From a virus, in the IMG/VR virus record IMGVR_UViG_3300046459_000427, positions 40,854 through 104,853 of that record: 64,000 nucleotides of DNA; one strand, given 5' to 3'. Position numbers and translations under genes: made by a program. A model generated the notes under the pieces. It saw nothing but the letters and a program-made list of their open reading frames with translations. It did not search any database and was not told where the DNA came from. How positions within the stretch are numbered: the stretch's first letter is position 1; every line of letters starts with the position of its first letter. This document shows positions 34,457-45,400 of the stretch, in pieces.

Positions 34457-35934
34457 CAGCCGATCCCTCCGGTCATTGTGATGTTGGAGATGTTTCCGAC
34501 CTTGGGGATCTCCCAGGCGCGGAAAACAACGTCGGCGGTGCCGGTCTGTGCGGCGTCGGCTCGGGCGATCATCGGGATGCTGGCGTAGCGCACGCCGTCG
34601 ACCGCGAGCAGGGCCTTGTAGAAGTCGGAGAGGGTCAGGCGCATACCGAAGTCGACGTTGGCGAACGACAGCATGTTCTTGAGCGCCTGCTGCGCGTCGT
34701 AGAGGACGGAGGCCCGGGAGTAGCGGGGCCAGCACTCGATGACGATGGGCGCGGAGGAGGTGCCGATGTTCACGCCGACCACGGTGGGGCCCGCAACGGT
34801 GACGTTGGCTCCGGCCAGCGCCTTGGACTGGAGTGTGCTCTGGACGTTCTGAAGGTTGGTCGTGCTGGGCTGTCCGCCGTCGGAGCCGATGACGTAGACA
34901 GAGACGCTGGTGTAGGTCGAGGCGACCGCGTTGGCGCGCACGATGCCGGGGATGGTCAGTGCCAGGTCGGAGAAGTCCTGGAGGGTGACACAGCGGTCCT
35001 GGGTGCGGAAGATGCGCGGGGCGTTGGCTCGGATCTGATCGTTGGTCTCGGGGTCGGCACCGCCGGTCATGACCGAGGAGATCGCACTACCGTCCGTGTC
35101 CTGGGCGATGGTGACGCCCGGCAGGTTGGAGGCAGACAGGGCGTTGACCACGCCTGCATTGACGTTGCCGATCGCTCCTCCGCCCACGCGGTAGGTCGCG
35201 TAGACGGTCAACTGGTTCGTCGGGATGGCACCGTTGAGGTTGTCGCCGAAGCGGACCCACGTGGCGCCGGAGTCGTCCAGGAACGTCGTGAAGACACGGT
35301 CGGAGGGGTCGGCGTCGACCAGGTACGTGATGTACGTCCACTCGGTCAGGGTGCCGACGTCATCCACGAAGACCTGCACGGTGCCGTTGATGACGGGCAC
35401 GTCGGGCAACCGGAACTCCTGCACGGGCAGGCCCGAGCTGGTGCCGATGTTGACCTGGGTGCGGGTGACGCCCTGGGTGACCGGGACCGTGGCCTTGCCA
35501 CCGTTGACGGGCACGAGGATGTCCGAGTCGGTCTCGTACGTGATCGGGGCGTCGATGGACTCGATGTAGTCCGTGACGACCTGGGTGCCCGCAGGCACGA
35601 GGACGGCCGGGCCCGGGTTGGACGTCTGGAGGGTGACCGTGCCGGTGGCCGGGACGCCGTTGCTCGGGGTGTAGCCGAGCAGGTCGGCTATCTGGAGCAG
35701 CGAGAGGCGCTGCGTAGCGGTCGGCAGGAACGCTTCCTGCTGGAGCCGGTCGCCGTAGTAGGACAGGCTGTCTCCGAGGTAGGAGAACAGCTCGATGAGG
35801 AGCACACCGAAGTCGCCTTCGGAGCTGGGCACCCACTGCGGGAACTTGCGGGCGGCGTAGTCCAGCAGGGAGGCCTTGAAGCCTTCGTAGTCCCTGCTGG
35901 TGTAGTCGATCGCCGGGACGTCTGGGCTAGCCAC
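34456..35934 (-). CDS. Baseplate J / T4 gp6-like wedge protein
   Basis: IDYTSRDYEGF, DFGVLLIELFSY, EAFLPTA, FGD..G.IP, GGADPET, RCVTLQDF. Confidence 0.9.
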   Translation of the reverse strand: MASPDVPAIDYTSRDYEGFKASLLDYAARKFPQWVPSSEGDFGVLLIELFSYLGDSLSYYGDRLQQEAFLPTATQRLSLLQIADLLGYTPSNGVPATGTVTLQTSNPGPAVLVPAGTQVVTDYIESIDAPITYETDSDILVPVNGGKATVPVTQGVTRTQVNIGTSSGLPVQEFRLPDVPVINGTVQVFVDDVGTLTEWTYITYLVDADPSDRVFTTFLDDSGATWVRFGDNLNGAIPTNQLTVYATYRVGGGAIGNVNAGVVNALSASNLPGVTIAQDTDGSAISSVMTGGADPETNDQIRANAPRIFRTQDRCVTLQDFSDLALTIPGIVRANAVASTYTSVSVYVIGSDGGQPSTTNLQNVQSTLQSKALAGANVTVAGPTVVGVNIGTSSAPIVIECWPRYSRASVLYDAQQALKNMLSFANVDFGMRLTLSDFYKALLAVDGVRYASIPMIARADAAQTGTADVVFRAWEIPKVGNISNITMTGGIG

Positions 35935-36346
35935 TGATGACCTCGCTTACGGTGCCGCCCACACGCACTACAGCGGTGTTGGTCTGGAGCGACAGGCTGG
36001 ATGGGGACGACCCGGACTCGCGGCGCATGTAGTCGACCTCGATACGTGCGAGGGACAACTGGGAGGCGTCCGGAATCGGAGTCGCCTTCTGGAGCACCAC
36101 GCCGGGCTCATACGTATTGAACGCGCCCGTCACGGCGCGGCTGATTTCCTGAGCGACAAAGGACGCATCAGGGTCGAAAAGCAGATCAGCCACGGGAACC
36201 CCGTAATCCGGGAGCATGACCCGCTCCCCCGGCTGAGTGCCGACGAGTGCGTGTACATGCTGGGCGATCTGCCTGTCCGGACTCGTCTCGACGGCGATAG
36301 TCCCGTCGGACGCTAGGCGAAATGGAACTGCAATCTCGGTAGGCAT
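35927..36346 (-). CDS. GPW/gp25 family baseplate protein
   Basis: TQPGERVMLPDYG..DLLFDP..YEP. Confidence 0.9.
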   Translation of the reverse strand: MPTEIAVPFRLASDGTIAVETSPDRQIAQHVHALVGTQPGERVMLPDYGVPVADLLFDPDASFVAQEISRAVTGAFNTYEPGVVLQKATPIPDASQLSLARIEVDYMRRESGSSPSSLSLQTNTAVVRVGGTVSEVISG

Positions 36347-36396
36347 GCTTGCATTCTCCCAGGAATGCCTACCGAGATTGCAGTTCCGGTTTCAGG

Positions 36397-36696
36397 TCAG
36401 AAACCGGGGAACGCTACAGCGGCGTCCGCGAGCACCTGGTCGTTCTCCGCCGCGATGTCGGCGTCGACCTGCTGCCGGGCTGCGTTGTAGTCCTGTGCGG
36501 CCTCGTTGTATCGAGGAGCAGCCGCGTTCTGGTTGACGTTCTGCTCCCACGAGATCCAGTTGTCTCGCACGTATGCCGTGAAGGCGTGCGCCACCAGTTC
36601 TGCGTCGCCCAACTGGCTGTCCGGGTAGGTGCCGTGGAAAGCGGCGGCGATACGCAGCCAGTACTCGTCGGGGACGGTGATCGTGATGTCTGCCAT
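36397..36696 (-). CDS. Hypothetical tail-associated protein
   Basis: 99 aa downstream of spike/fibre. Confidence 0.65.
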   Translation of the reverse strand: MADITITVPDEYWLRIAAAFHGTYPDSQLGDAELVAHAFTAYVRDNWISWEQNVNQNAAAPRYNEAAQDYNAARQQVDADIAAENDQVLADAAVAFPGF

Positions 36697-36708
36697 GAAG
36701 GAAGGTCC

Positions 36709-39700
36709 TCACTTGCTGTATGTGATGCGCAACTGCGGCGGGTGGGCGCCTCCGAAACCGTCGAAGCCTCCGTAATAGGTTTTGTTCGTACTAGTACCGA
36801 GGTCGCCACCCAGAGTAATTCCACGATACGGGGTTGCCGCGTTCCAAGATGAATTCCAGGACGAAGGCAGCGTGACCCACTTACCCGCGCCTACCGGCCA
36901 CGAGGCGACTGTGAGGTTGCCGCTGTATGTGGACGACGTCTGGGCGGATGTCTGCGAGTGCGCGCCGATATGCGCGGTACCGCCAGCGTTGTAGTACCAG
37001 TGGTTGGCGTAGAGGTACACCTCGACCTTGGACACTTTCGCCGTGGATCCCATATCGGTGTACGGCTGAGTACCGAATCCCACCATCGACTTCTGTGTGC
37101 CCCAGGTGTCGGAGTAGTAGCCCTGGTACATTGCGCCGTCGGTGTATCCGGCGTTTCCGTACCTGCGGGACCAGAGCGCCTTGTATGTCTTGGTGTACGT
37201 CTTGACCGCCGTGACTGCCGCTCCGCCTGTGTTGTAGATGCCGCCCTCGTGCTGGGCTGGGCCGACGTCCTCGACGTAGAAGTCCGAGGATTGCGCGATG
37301 CTGTAGTTGCGCAGTCCCCAGCCCGTGGCGTTGCCCGAGTGCTTGGCGCCGACCCACAGGAGTCGGTGATCGCCGGGTGCCAGAGCCGAGGTCGCTCCGT
37401 AAAGGGCACCTGCGTCGGATGAGCACACGATGATGCCTTCGACCGCACAGGTGTTGTCCGTGCCAGCGCCGTCGTAGAACGTGTAGATGTGTCGGGCAAT
37501 GGTCGGGTCGGTGACCTTCGGGCTTGCCCCGTTCGGTGTGACGGTCGTGCAGCCGTTCACAGACAGCGTCGTGCCGGAGGCGTTGATGTAGTTCTCCATC
37601 GTCTGCAAGCCAGTTCCGCCGTTCATGTCGAACTGCGAGCGGGCGACGATGCGGTACATCCGCCCCTCGACGGCCGTGAAGGCCAGCTCGATGATGCCGG
37701 TGTCGGTCGTGTAGTAGGTCGTCGAGGTCGGCTTGTTCGTCCAGCCGCGCTCGTAGGTGACGATGCCCCACGGCATGTTCCACAGCAGGTCGGACAGTTC
37801 CTTGCCCTGGTACCAGATCTGTCCGGTGGGGTCGTCGGACACCGCCGTTTCGGGTCGGGGAGGTGTCCAGATGGAAGTGAAGGTGCCCACACCGTTGGGG
37901 TCGATGGCGGCTGCTCCGGCCGCGAACGTGGCGTAGGAGTTGGCCGTGGACAACTCGGTAGTCAGGTTGCCGTCGGGGCCGTACAGGCGAAGACCACCCG
38001 GGGAGATGTCCGTGGCGCCGTAGCCCTCCCGCATGACGAGGATGTCGTCCACGGTCAGCCAGGACCAGAGCGTCGTCGACCCTCCGAACGATCCGGGGTT
38101 GATCTGGGTGAAGGAGACCCTTCCCCACAACGCGCCGGTCGGGATGATGACCTCGGCCTGGTCCTCGGTGTACGGGACGGCGGAGATGGAGACATCGTTG
38201 GCTCCGGCGATCTGGTCGGTCCAGGTGACCTTGTCCACGCTCGTCTCGAAGTTCACCTTGAGACGGCCGGAGCCGGAATACCAGTAGCGGCACATGTAGG
38301 TGTCGCCCGCGACGACCGGGAAGGGGTCGCTGGTGACTGTCGCGGTGCCGGTGTTCATCACGCCGAGCGATGCCTTGCCCTGGCCGGTACGCGCTGCCGC
38401 CGAGCCTTCCCCGACCTCGATCTTGGCGGACGTTGCGGCTCCGCTGGAGTCGCTCTGGGTGAGCGTCCAGCCCTTCTTGGAGGTGTCCTCGAAGCCGGGG
38501 TTGGTGACCAGGTTGCCGGACACCGTGCCCAGGGTCAGGTGCGAGGCGTTGACGTTGCCCAGGCTGATGTTGCTGGAGTTGACCTGCCCGGTCTCGACTA
38601 CCTCGATGGTGAACATGTCCATCTCCGCCGTGCCGGTACCCCCGCTGTAGTTCAGGTACAGGCAGGGGCTGATGTACTTCACGTTCTGGTGCAGTGTGCC
38701 CGGGGCGGTCGGGTTGGGGTACGGGCGGTTGCTGGTCACGGTACTGGAGGTGCCCTTGATGTAGCCGGTGTACAACGCCCACCCGGAGCCCGTCGTGAGA
38801 GTGGTACCTTGCGCGGCGACGTAGAACTGGCTGGATACGGTGTTCAGCCCGGTGGCGTTGACCAGGGTCACGCCGTCGGCTGCGATGCCCGTGACACCTG
38901 CGTAGAAGCCCTGAGCGCTGCCGGGTGTGGCGTTGTTGACGGTCTGCCTCACACGGCAGGTGACGCGGTAGGTGACGCTCGGGTCGAAGGGCACGAGCAG
39001 GTCCGGGCGGTAGGCACCCTGGATGTATCCGGTTGCGCGCATGACGGCGCCACCGGAGGCCGCGTCGGTGACGCTGACCGAGGTCAGGGTGCCGGTGCTG
39101 TTGCTGTTCTTCCACTTGCTGGCGTTGGCGCCGAAGTCGTAGAACTTCTGGCCGACCATGCCCTGAAGCCCAGCCGACAGCTTGTCGACGGTGAGTGTGC
39201 CGACCTTGATGGATCCGGCGTCCAGGTTGGTGACGTTGACGAGGCTGGCGTCGAGCGTGCCGGTCTTCATCTTGGACGCGTCCAGGGAGGCGATGATGCC
39301 GGACTCGGCCGTGAGCGTCCCGACGGCCATTTGGTTGGCGGTGACCGAGTTCGCGGCAATGTCGGCGGTGCCAGCCTGCTTGGCCGTACCGGAGTTCGCT
39401 GCGGACGGCGCCGAAGCGATGGCGACCTTGGAGTAGGAGACCAGCCGGTAGTTGTAGGCGGAGGCGTAGTTCTGGACGGAGTCGTAGAGGAAGTCCGGTC
39501 CGGGCAGGGTGCCGACGACGACCGGGTTGGAGAATGCCGGGTCGGTGTCGCGCTGCACCTGTACGTGGGAGAAGATCGCGGGCATCGCGAACCCGGAGGC
39601 GTCCTTGCCATCCCAGGTGACCCGCAGGCCGCCGAGCACACCGGTAACCCCCGGCGCAGAGGGCACTGGGGGCGGCGTCGAGGAGGAGGCGCTGGTGATG

Positions 39701-40290
39701 TTGCCCGAGGCCCACAGGGAGGCGTTGCTGGAGTTGTCGACTGCCTGCACGCGGACCGTGACGTCCACGCCGGTATGAAGCCCGTCGAGGACGACGAGGG
39801 TGTCCTGGGTGACCTGTCCCCCGGACCAGTTCGTGCCGTCGTAGGACACCTGGAGGACGTAGTGGGAGAGGTCGGTGAGGTTGGTACCGTCCTGGTTCTC
39901 CGTCGGCGCGGTCCAGCTCGCCTGTATGCGTGCCAGGGTCGAGCCCTCGGTGGTGACGTACTGCACCGTGGTAAGGGTCAGCGCGGTCGGTTCCTTGGGC
40001 GGCAGACCGTCCAGGGTGTCGCCGGTCGGCAGGCCGTCGACTGCGTCCTGAACGTCCTTGATGCCCAGCGGGGAGTAGACCGGCTTGGTGAGGTCACCGC
40101 CGGAGAACTGAACCCACAGGGTCTGCCCGACCGGGGGCACCGTGTTCGTCGGGGATGCCGGGACGGCCCAGGCGCTTTCCGCGCTTCCCAGGACCTGGGG
40201 AATCAGCAGGGTAACCCGTGCCTCATTCAGCGGGTCCTGGTTATTGGAAACACTTCCCCGGTACATGCCCAGTATCGGCTCAGCCGACAT
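36709..40290 (-). CDS. Baseplate spike (gp5/VgrG OB-fold) fused to a long central fibre
   Basis: N-terminal YRGSVSNNQDP...WAVP..PPVGQTLWVQFSGGD..PVY OB-fold; then FN3-like, low-complexity beta repeats and CBM-like NPGFE domain. Confidence 0.8.
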   Translation of the reverse strand: MSAEPILGMYRGSVSNNQDPLNEARVTLLIPQVLGSAESAWAVPASPTNTVPPVGQTLWVQFSGGDLTKPVYSPLGIKDVQDAVDGLPTGDTLDGLPPKEPTALTLTTVQYVTTEGSTLARIQASWTAPTENQDGTNLTDLSHYVLQVSYDGTNWSGGQVTQDTLVVLDGLHTGVDVTVRVQAVDNSSNASLWASGNITSASSSTPPPVPSAPGVTGVLGGLRVTWDGKDASGFAMPAIFSHVQVQRDTDPAFSNPVVVGTLPGPDFLYDSVQNYASAYNYRLVSYSKVAIASAPSAANSGTAKQAGTADIAANSVTANQMAVGTLTAESGIIASLDASKMKTGTLDASLVNVTNLDAGSIKVGTLTVDKLSAGLQGMVGQKFYDFGANASKWKNSNSTGTLTSVSVTDAASGGAVMRATGYIQGAYRPDLLVPFDPSVTYRVTCRVRQTVNNATPGSAQGFYAGVTGIAADGVTLVNATGLNTVSSQFYVAAQGTTLTTGSGWALYTGYIKGTSSTVTSNRPYPNPTAPGTLHQNVKYISPCLYLNYSGGTGTAEMDMFTIEVVETGQVNSSNISLGNVNASHLTLGTVSGNLVTNPGFEDTSKKGWTLTQSDSSGAATSAKIEVGEGSAAARTGQGKASLGVMNTGTATVTSDPFPVVAGDTYMCRYWYSGSGRLKVNFETSVDKVTWTDQIAGANDVSISAVPYTEDQAEVIIPTGALWGRVSFTQINPGSFGGSTTLWSWLTVDDILVMREGYGATDISPGGLRLYGPDGNLTTELSTANSYATFAAGAAAIDPNGVGTFTSIWTPPRPETAVSDDPTGQIWYQGKELSDLLWNMPWGIVTYERGWTNKPTSTTYYTTDTGIIELAFTAVEGRMYRIVARSQFDMNGGTGLQTMENYINASGTTLSVNGCTTVTPNGASPKVTDPTIARHIYTFYDGAGTDNTCAVEGIIVCSSDAGALYGATSALAPGDHRLLWVGAKHSGNATGWGLRNYSIAQSSDFYVEDVGPAQHEGGIYNTGGAAVTAVKTYTKTYKALWSRRYGNAGYTDGAMYQGYYSDTWGTQKSMVGFGTQPYTDMGSTAKVSKVEVYLYANHWYYNAGGTAHIGAHSQTSAQTSSTYSGNLTVASWPVGAGKWVTLPSSWNSSWNAATPYRGITLGGDLGTSTNKTYYGGFDGFGGAHPPQLRITYSK

Positions 40291-41428
40291 TGATATCCTC
40301 CAGAAGGCTCGACTCCCAGAACTGCTTGTTTCTCAGAACAGCCGGGACGCTGTCGAACTTGAATCGCTTGTTCGCATCGCTTCGGAATGTTACCGCGTAG
40401 GGCTGGTCCCTTTCCGCATCCACCGTGGTGGTGAACATCAATCCGGAGTTGCTCTTGTCCCGGTTGATGAGGTGCTTCGTACCAGTCACCATCCAACGGC
40501 CCGCACGGTCCGAAGACAGCGCACTTCCGGTGACGGTCACCAGCGTTCCCGGCGCAACCTTCGCTGTGCCGTACAGCGTGGCCTCCATGGTGATCCAGCC
40601 TCGTGAAGCAAGCGTGCGGGCTTCCATCAGCGCCTGCGCGTCCGCGTAGTTGTCGACCGCTCTGGCGGTGGTTATGGAGTTGAGGAACGCAGCCGTTCCC
40701 GTATTCGCCGCAGACGACGCCTTGACGACCCGCCCCGTCTTCGCGTCGAGGCCGGAAATGCTGCTCGTTCCCGCTGTCCCGTTCTCGCGGGGAATCATGG
40801 TGCCGGTAAGGATCGACAAATCCCGGAGGGTGTCCAGCACTCCCGGCTTCTGGTTCTTGTAGAACACGGGAATGTTCTGCGTGCGCTGGCCCAGCAGAAG
40901 AATGCGCGGGTCGAGGAAGTACAGCGTCGTCCCTTCGACCCAGAACCGGAAACCTACTTCGTTCGCCAGATCCTGGAGGAGTTTGAAATCACTCTGCCCG
41001 CTCTGCGCCCAGTAGGTGAGCCTGCGGGTGGACGGAGAGATGACGGTGCGCAGTCCGTTCTGGCGACCGACCTGGCGGGCGATGGAGGTGGGGCTTACGT
41101 TCTTCCACGACCGTGTGCGCTGGATGTTCAGCGGCAGGCTGGTGCCGATGCACACGTACCGCGTAGTGACCGACGTGGTGCCATGACTGGCCACGACGCT
41201 GGAGTGGTGCACGTAGCCGTACCAGCGGACGATGTCGTTGGGGCTGCGGCCGTAGTCGAGCACGACGGGAGCCAGCTCGGGGTAGGCGGTGCTGGCCGCG
41301 CCGGTCGTCACGTCCACGATCGCCATGGAGTGCGTGCCGTAACTCTCGCGGACTTCGACTCGGTTGATGAAGTTGTTGATCCGGGTGCCGGAGATGGTCA
41401 GGGCTGTGAAGGGGGTCGGCTCAGGCAT
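40280..41428 (-). CDS. Baseplate hub protein (gpD/gp27-like)
   Basis: AQSGQSDFKLLQDLANEVGFRFWVEGTTLYF; position between LysM-like gene and spike. Confidence 0.8.
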   Translation of the reverse strand: MPEPTPFTALTISGTRINNFINRVEVRESYGTHSMAIVDVTTGAASTAYPELAPVVLDYGRSPNDIVRWYGYVHHSSVVASHGTTSVTTRYVCIGTSLPLNIQRTRSWKNVSPTSIARQVGRQNGLRTVISPSTRRLTYWAQSGQSDFKLLQDLANEVGFRFWVEGTTLYFLDPRILLLGQRTQNIPVFYKNQKPGVLDTLRDLSILTGTMIPRENGTAGTSSISGLDAKTGRVVKASSAANTGTAAFLNSITTARAVDNYADAQALMEARTLASRGWITMEATLYGTAKVAPGTLVTVTGSALSSDRAGRWMVTGTKHLINRDKSNSGLMFTTTVDAERDQPYAVTFRSDANKRFKFDSVPAVLRNKQFWESSLLEDINVG

Positions 41429-41693
41429 TCGGGATCCTTATGACCTGCCCCGGGATCAGGACGGACCAGTCGAGCACCTCGGGGTTGGCGTCCGCGATGC
41501 TCCACCACAGCCGGGCGTCGCCGAAATACTGCACGGCCAGCAGGTCGATGCGGTCGGAGCCGGTCAACTGGTGGTAGGTGAACTTGAACGACCACTCCCG
41601 CTGCTGCGACGGCACGACGGTGAGGTTCGTGCCCCGCCCGGAGGCGATCAGAGCGAGAGCGGAGTCCGCGTACCGGGAGTTGGCGGAGATCAT
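41421..41693 (-). CDS. LysM/tail X-like baseplate protein
   Basis: DRIDLLAVQYFGDARLWWSIADANP...PGQVIRIP. Confidence 0.85.
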   Translation of the reverse strand: MISANSRYADSALALIASGRGTNLTVVPSQQREWSFKFTYHQLTGSDRIDLLAVQYFGDARLWWSIADANPEVLDWSVLIPGQVIRIPNA

Positions 41694-42448
41694 CGGCCAG
41701 CCTTTCCGTTTGCCCCACTGGCGAAGTCGTCCGGGGTCATCCCGGCGGGAAGCCTTCCGAAGGCCACGAATTCCCCGCCACCCTTCGGCTTCGGAAGGAG
41801 TTGCATGGTGATGCCTACCTGGCAGCGGGAGGGGATCATCTGCTGGTTCCAGTGGGTGTACTGGATATCGAGTTCCTGGATGACGCCGTAGTAGTTCAGG
41901 GTGTCGCCGACGACCAGGTAGACCGGGACGTACAGCATGGGCCCGGACGCATCGAAACTGAACTGCCCCTTGCGGAACGAATCGGTGGAGTCACCCTTGG
42001 CGTCCGTGCCGTCCCCGCTTACCTTTACGGACGCGGAGATTCCCGTGATCTTGTAGAGCATGGAAATATCCCAGCCCACACCGAGAGCAGGCACGAATAC
42101 ATTCTCCGCTCCGTACACCCGGGAGGAATCCCACATCTCGTAGGTACGGTCGAAGAGCAAGTTGAACTGAACCGTCTGCTGCAACGGCATGAGGAATTCC
42201 CCCGCCGTCACGTCGTTAGGGTTGACGGCGTTCTCGTCCGCCAGCAGCCCCGGATTAACGGAGTGCGACACATTGAGGACGCTCGGGTTGTAGAGGAAGT
42301 TGCACCGGTAACGAATTCCGTCAACCGGCTTTTCCTGGATGATGAATCCCCGGCTCAACTTCTTCCCGCCGCCAACAAGTGACTGAAGGCCAGGGAGTTT
42401 CGTTATCCGGGGGTCGAAGGAACCGTTGTCCTGGATCCTGGTAGCCAT
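41690..42448 (-). CDS. Tail tube initiator-like protein
   Basis: FLYNPS...FNLLFDRT...GVIQELDIQYTHW...P.RC; position after tape measure. Confidence 0.7.
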   Translation of the reverse strand: MATRIQDNGSFDPRITKLPGLQSLVGGGKKLSRGFIIQEKPVDGIRYRCNFLYNPSVLNVSHSVNPGLLADENAVNPNDVTAGEFLMPLQQTVQFNLLFDRTYEMWDSSRVYGAENVFVPALGVGWDISMLYKITGISASVKVSGDGTDAKGDSTDSFRKGQFSFDASGPMLYVPVYLVVGDTLNYYGVIQELDIQYTHWNQQMIPSRCQVGITMQLLPKPKGGGEFVAFGRLPAGMTPDDFASGANGKAGR

Positions 42449-45400
42449 TAGTTACCTGCCGCGATGAGATTGATTCGATTGTCCTCGGCGATAGCGGTGA
42501 TGATCTGCTGCGCAGCATCACGGGCCGACTGGGAATTCATAGCGCCCTGCACCTGCACGGTGATCGCACCGGCATTGAAATGCAGGGAGGCCGGACCGCT
42601 CTTGGAACCGAGGCCACCGACCCCATTGGTCAGCGGCGTGTTACCCGACAGCGCGGCACGCACAGCCTCGGCCTGGTAGGCCGGAATGATCATCTCGCCC
42701 TTGTGGACGCGGGCCGTCTGGTCGACGTCGATGTTGGCCGAGCCGACCGCGTACCCCCTGTAAGCACCACCGTTCGCCATGGCCTTGATGCCCGGCACGT
42801 TGTCCAGGGTCTTGTAGCGGGACTCCGCGTAGCGCACACCCGCGATGATGTTGTCGACAGGGTTCCAGATGTCCTTGTGGCCCTTGAGCGAGTACGCGTT
42901 GAACGTCGAATCGATGGTCTGCATGATGCCCTTGGACGGGTGGCCCGCCTTGGCGTTGGAGTCCGTCTTGTTGATCGCGCGAGGGTTGCCGCCGGACTCG
43001 TACTTGATCATCGTGTTGACGATGGACTCGTTGTGCTTGGAGTCCTGCTTCAGGATCCCCAGCGCGCTCTTGATCCACTTGGCGACGTTGCCCTTGGGCA
43101 TCGCACCCGTAGGCACACCACCGCTGGAGTCGTCGTCCGAGGACTCCTTCGACGTGGTCGATGCACCCGCTGTCTGGGCCGAGGAGATGCCCGACGCGAT
43201 GGCATCGGCTTCCTCGACGGATCCGTACGAGCCGGTGTCCCCGCCGAAGCCCATGGTGGACAGCCGGTTGGAGCCGGACCCGGCGGTGTCCTCGGTGTCG
43301 CTGCCCACGTCGCTCATGCTGCCGACAGAGCCAAGGATCCGCACCGCGTTGGTGAACTCGCTCGGCCTGAAGGAGCGGACACGCACCACCGCGCCCGTGT
43401 GCGGGGCCTCGATGACCTTGCCACCACCTATGCACATCACGACGTGGTGCGCAGGGTCACCGTTGAACAGCAGGTCACCAGCGCGCACGTCGCTCAACTT
43501 GACCCTCTTACCCGCCCGCTGCTGCTGCGCGGCCGTGCGGGGCAGGCTCACACCGATCTGCTTGAACGAGTACATGAGCAGGCCGGAGCAGTCGAAGCCC
43601 TTCGGCGTCGAGCCACCCCAGACGTACTTCACACCCAAGTACTTCATGGCGACCTTGATGACGGCGGAAGCCGTCTTTCCTGCGCCCGACGTACCCGTGG
43701 CCTTCGCACCGGACGTCTTGCTACCGGTCTTCGCAGCGGCGCCACCAGCCGTAGCACCACCGAAGAAGTTGCTGACGATGCCAGTGCCCGCGCCGATCAC
43801 TCCGCCGACCGCAGCACCCACACCGGTACCGATGACGGGAACGATGGAACCGATGGCGGCACCAGCGAGCGCACCAGTACCCGCGTCCACGGCTACATGG
43901 CCCCACTTGTTGCCGGTCGAGTCCTTCTTGCTGACCTTGTCGACTACCTTCGAGCCGAAGTGGTGGGTGAGGTACGCGCCAATACCGAAGCCACCAGCAG
44001 CACCCAGCGCGGCACCGGACAGGTCCAGTGCACCCATCGCCGCGCCACCCATGCCACCCAGGCGGCCCAGCATGCCGCCAGCACCCGCTGCACCGCCTGC
44101 GCCACCACCTCCGCCCAGCAGTCCGCTGCCGAGCCTCGCAGCCCCCGTGAGGCCGCGTACAGCGCCCCAGGCACCGACACCGGCACCGAGGCTGGAACCG
44201 AGCACCGAACTGGCACCACCGAGCATCCCCATGCCGGTTGACGCCCCGGTCGCCTTGAGGACTCCCTGGAGCGCGGTGGAGAACATGTCCAGGTACTTCG
44301 TCGCCGTCTGAAGGCCTTCAGTGAAGCCGTCATTCTCGTTGACGTCCTGGTTGCGCAAGGTGCCAGCGCGGGTCATCAGGGTGTTGGCCGTGGACCCGCC
44401 GATGCCCATCTTCCCGAGCGCCGACTGCGCGGAGTTCTTCTCCTCCTGCGTCTTGCCGTTGTCACGCTTGTTGGCCAGGCTGACGTAGGTCTGAGCGGAA
44501 CCGCCGGAGACCTGCGCCAGCATCATGCCCTTCAGTTCACCCCGGACAAGTTCGAGGGTGTTGGGGTCAAGACTCTGCGCCAGCGACTGCATGATGCCGG
44601 ACTGGTTGTTGTCGAGCGTCCCGGCGATCTGGGCCTTGGTCTTCAGTTTCTTCAGGTCAGGCCACCGCGCCAGCGCCTGCTGGGCGATCTGTCGCGGGGA
44701 CTGCTTCTGCCCGTTCTTGATCGTCGAGATGCCGATGGCCTGCATGCCGTAGTACGAGCCTGCCGACCATGCGGCGGCCGTTCCCTGGGCGCGCTGCGTC
44801 TCGGTCATGCCCGGGTTCATGTAGCCCGAGGTGCCCTTGACGTAGTTCCACTGCTGGTTGAACGAGGTCGAGCCAGCCGACAGACCGCTACGGGTCATCA
44901 AGCCATAGGCCGTCGAAGCATCCTGCGTCGACTGGGCGGTGAAGTTGTTCTTGAAGGCCTGGTCCCGCAACGTGTGCCAGGACGAGGAAGAGCCCTGCGC
45001 GGCCTGGTAGGCGGTCGTCTGCATGACCACCTGGTCAGGCAGCTTCTTCTGACCCCACGCGACAACGCTGGACAGCGTGCTCTTGAGGCCGCCATTGTTC
45101 GAGCGCGTGCCACCGTTGTTGGCCGAACCACCGCCCAGACGCGGGGAGTTGGAGCCAGAACCGCCGTTGCTACCGCCCTGGTTACCGCCTTGGCCACCGT
45201 TGTTGGCTGCGCCACCACCCTGGGATCCGGACGTCGAGAAGCGGGCTCCACCTCCGTTGCCGGTAGGCGAGCCCAGACGACCCTGACCCGGCCCCTGACC
45301 ACCGTTGGTGCGGCCGAAGGAGTAGTTGCTGGTTCCGTTCCAGATATCGCCCAGCGCAAGGCCGAGACCCCGGGAGCGGGACATCTGCCCGACCCCGGTG

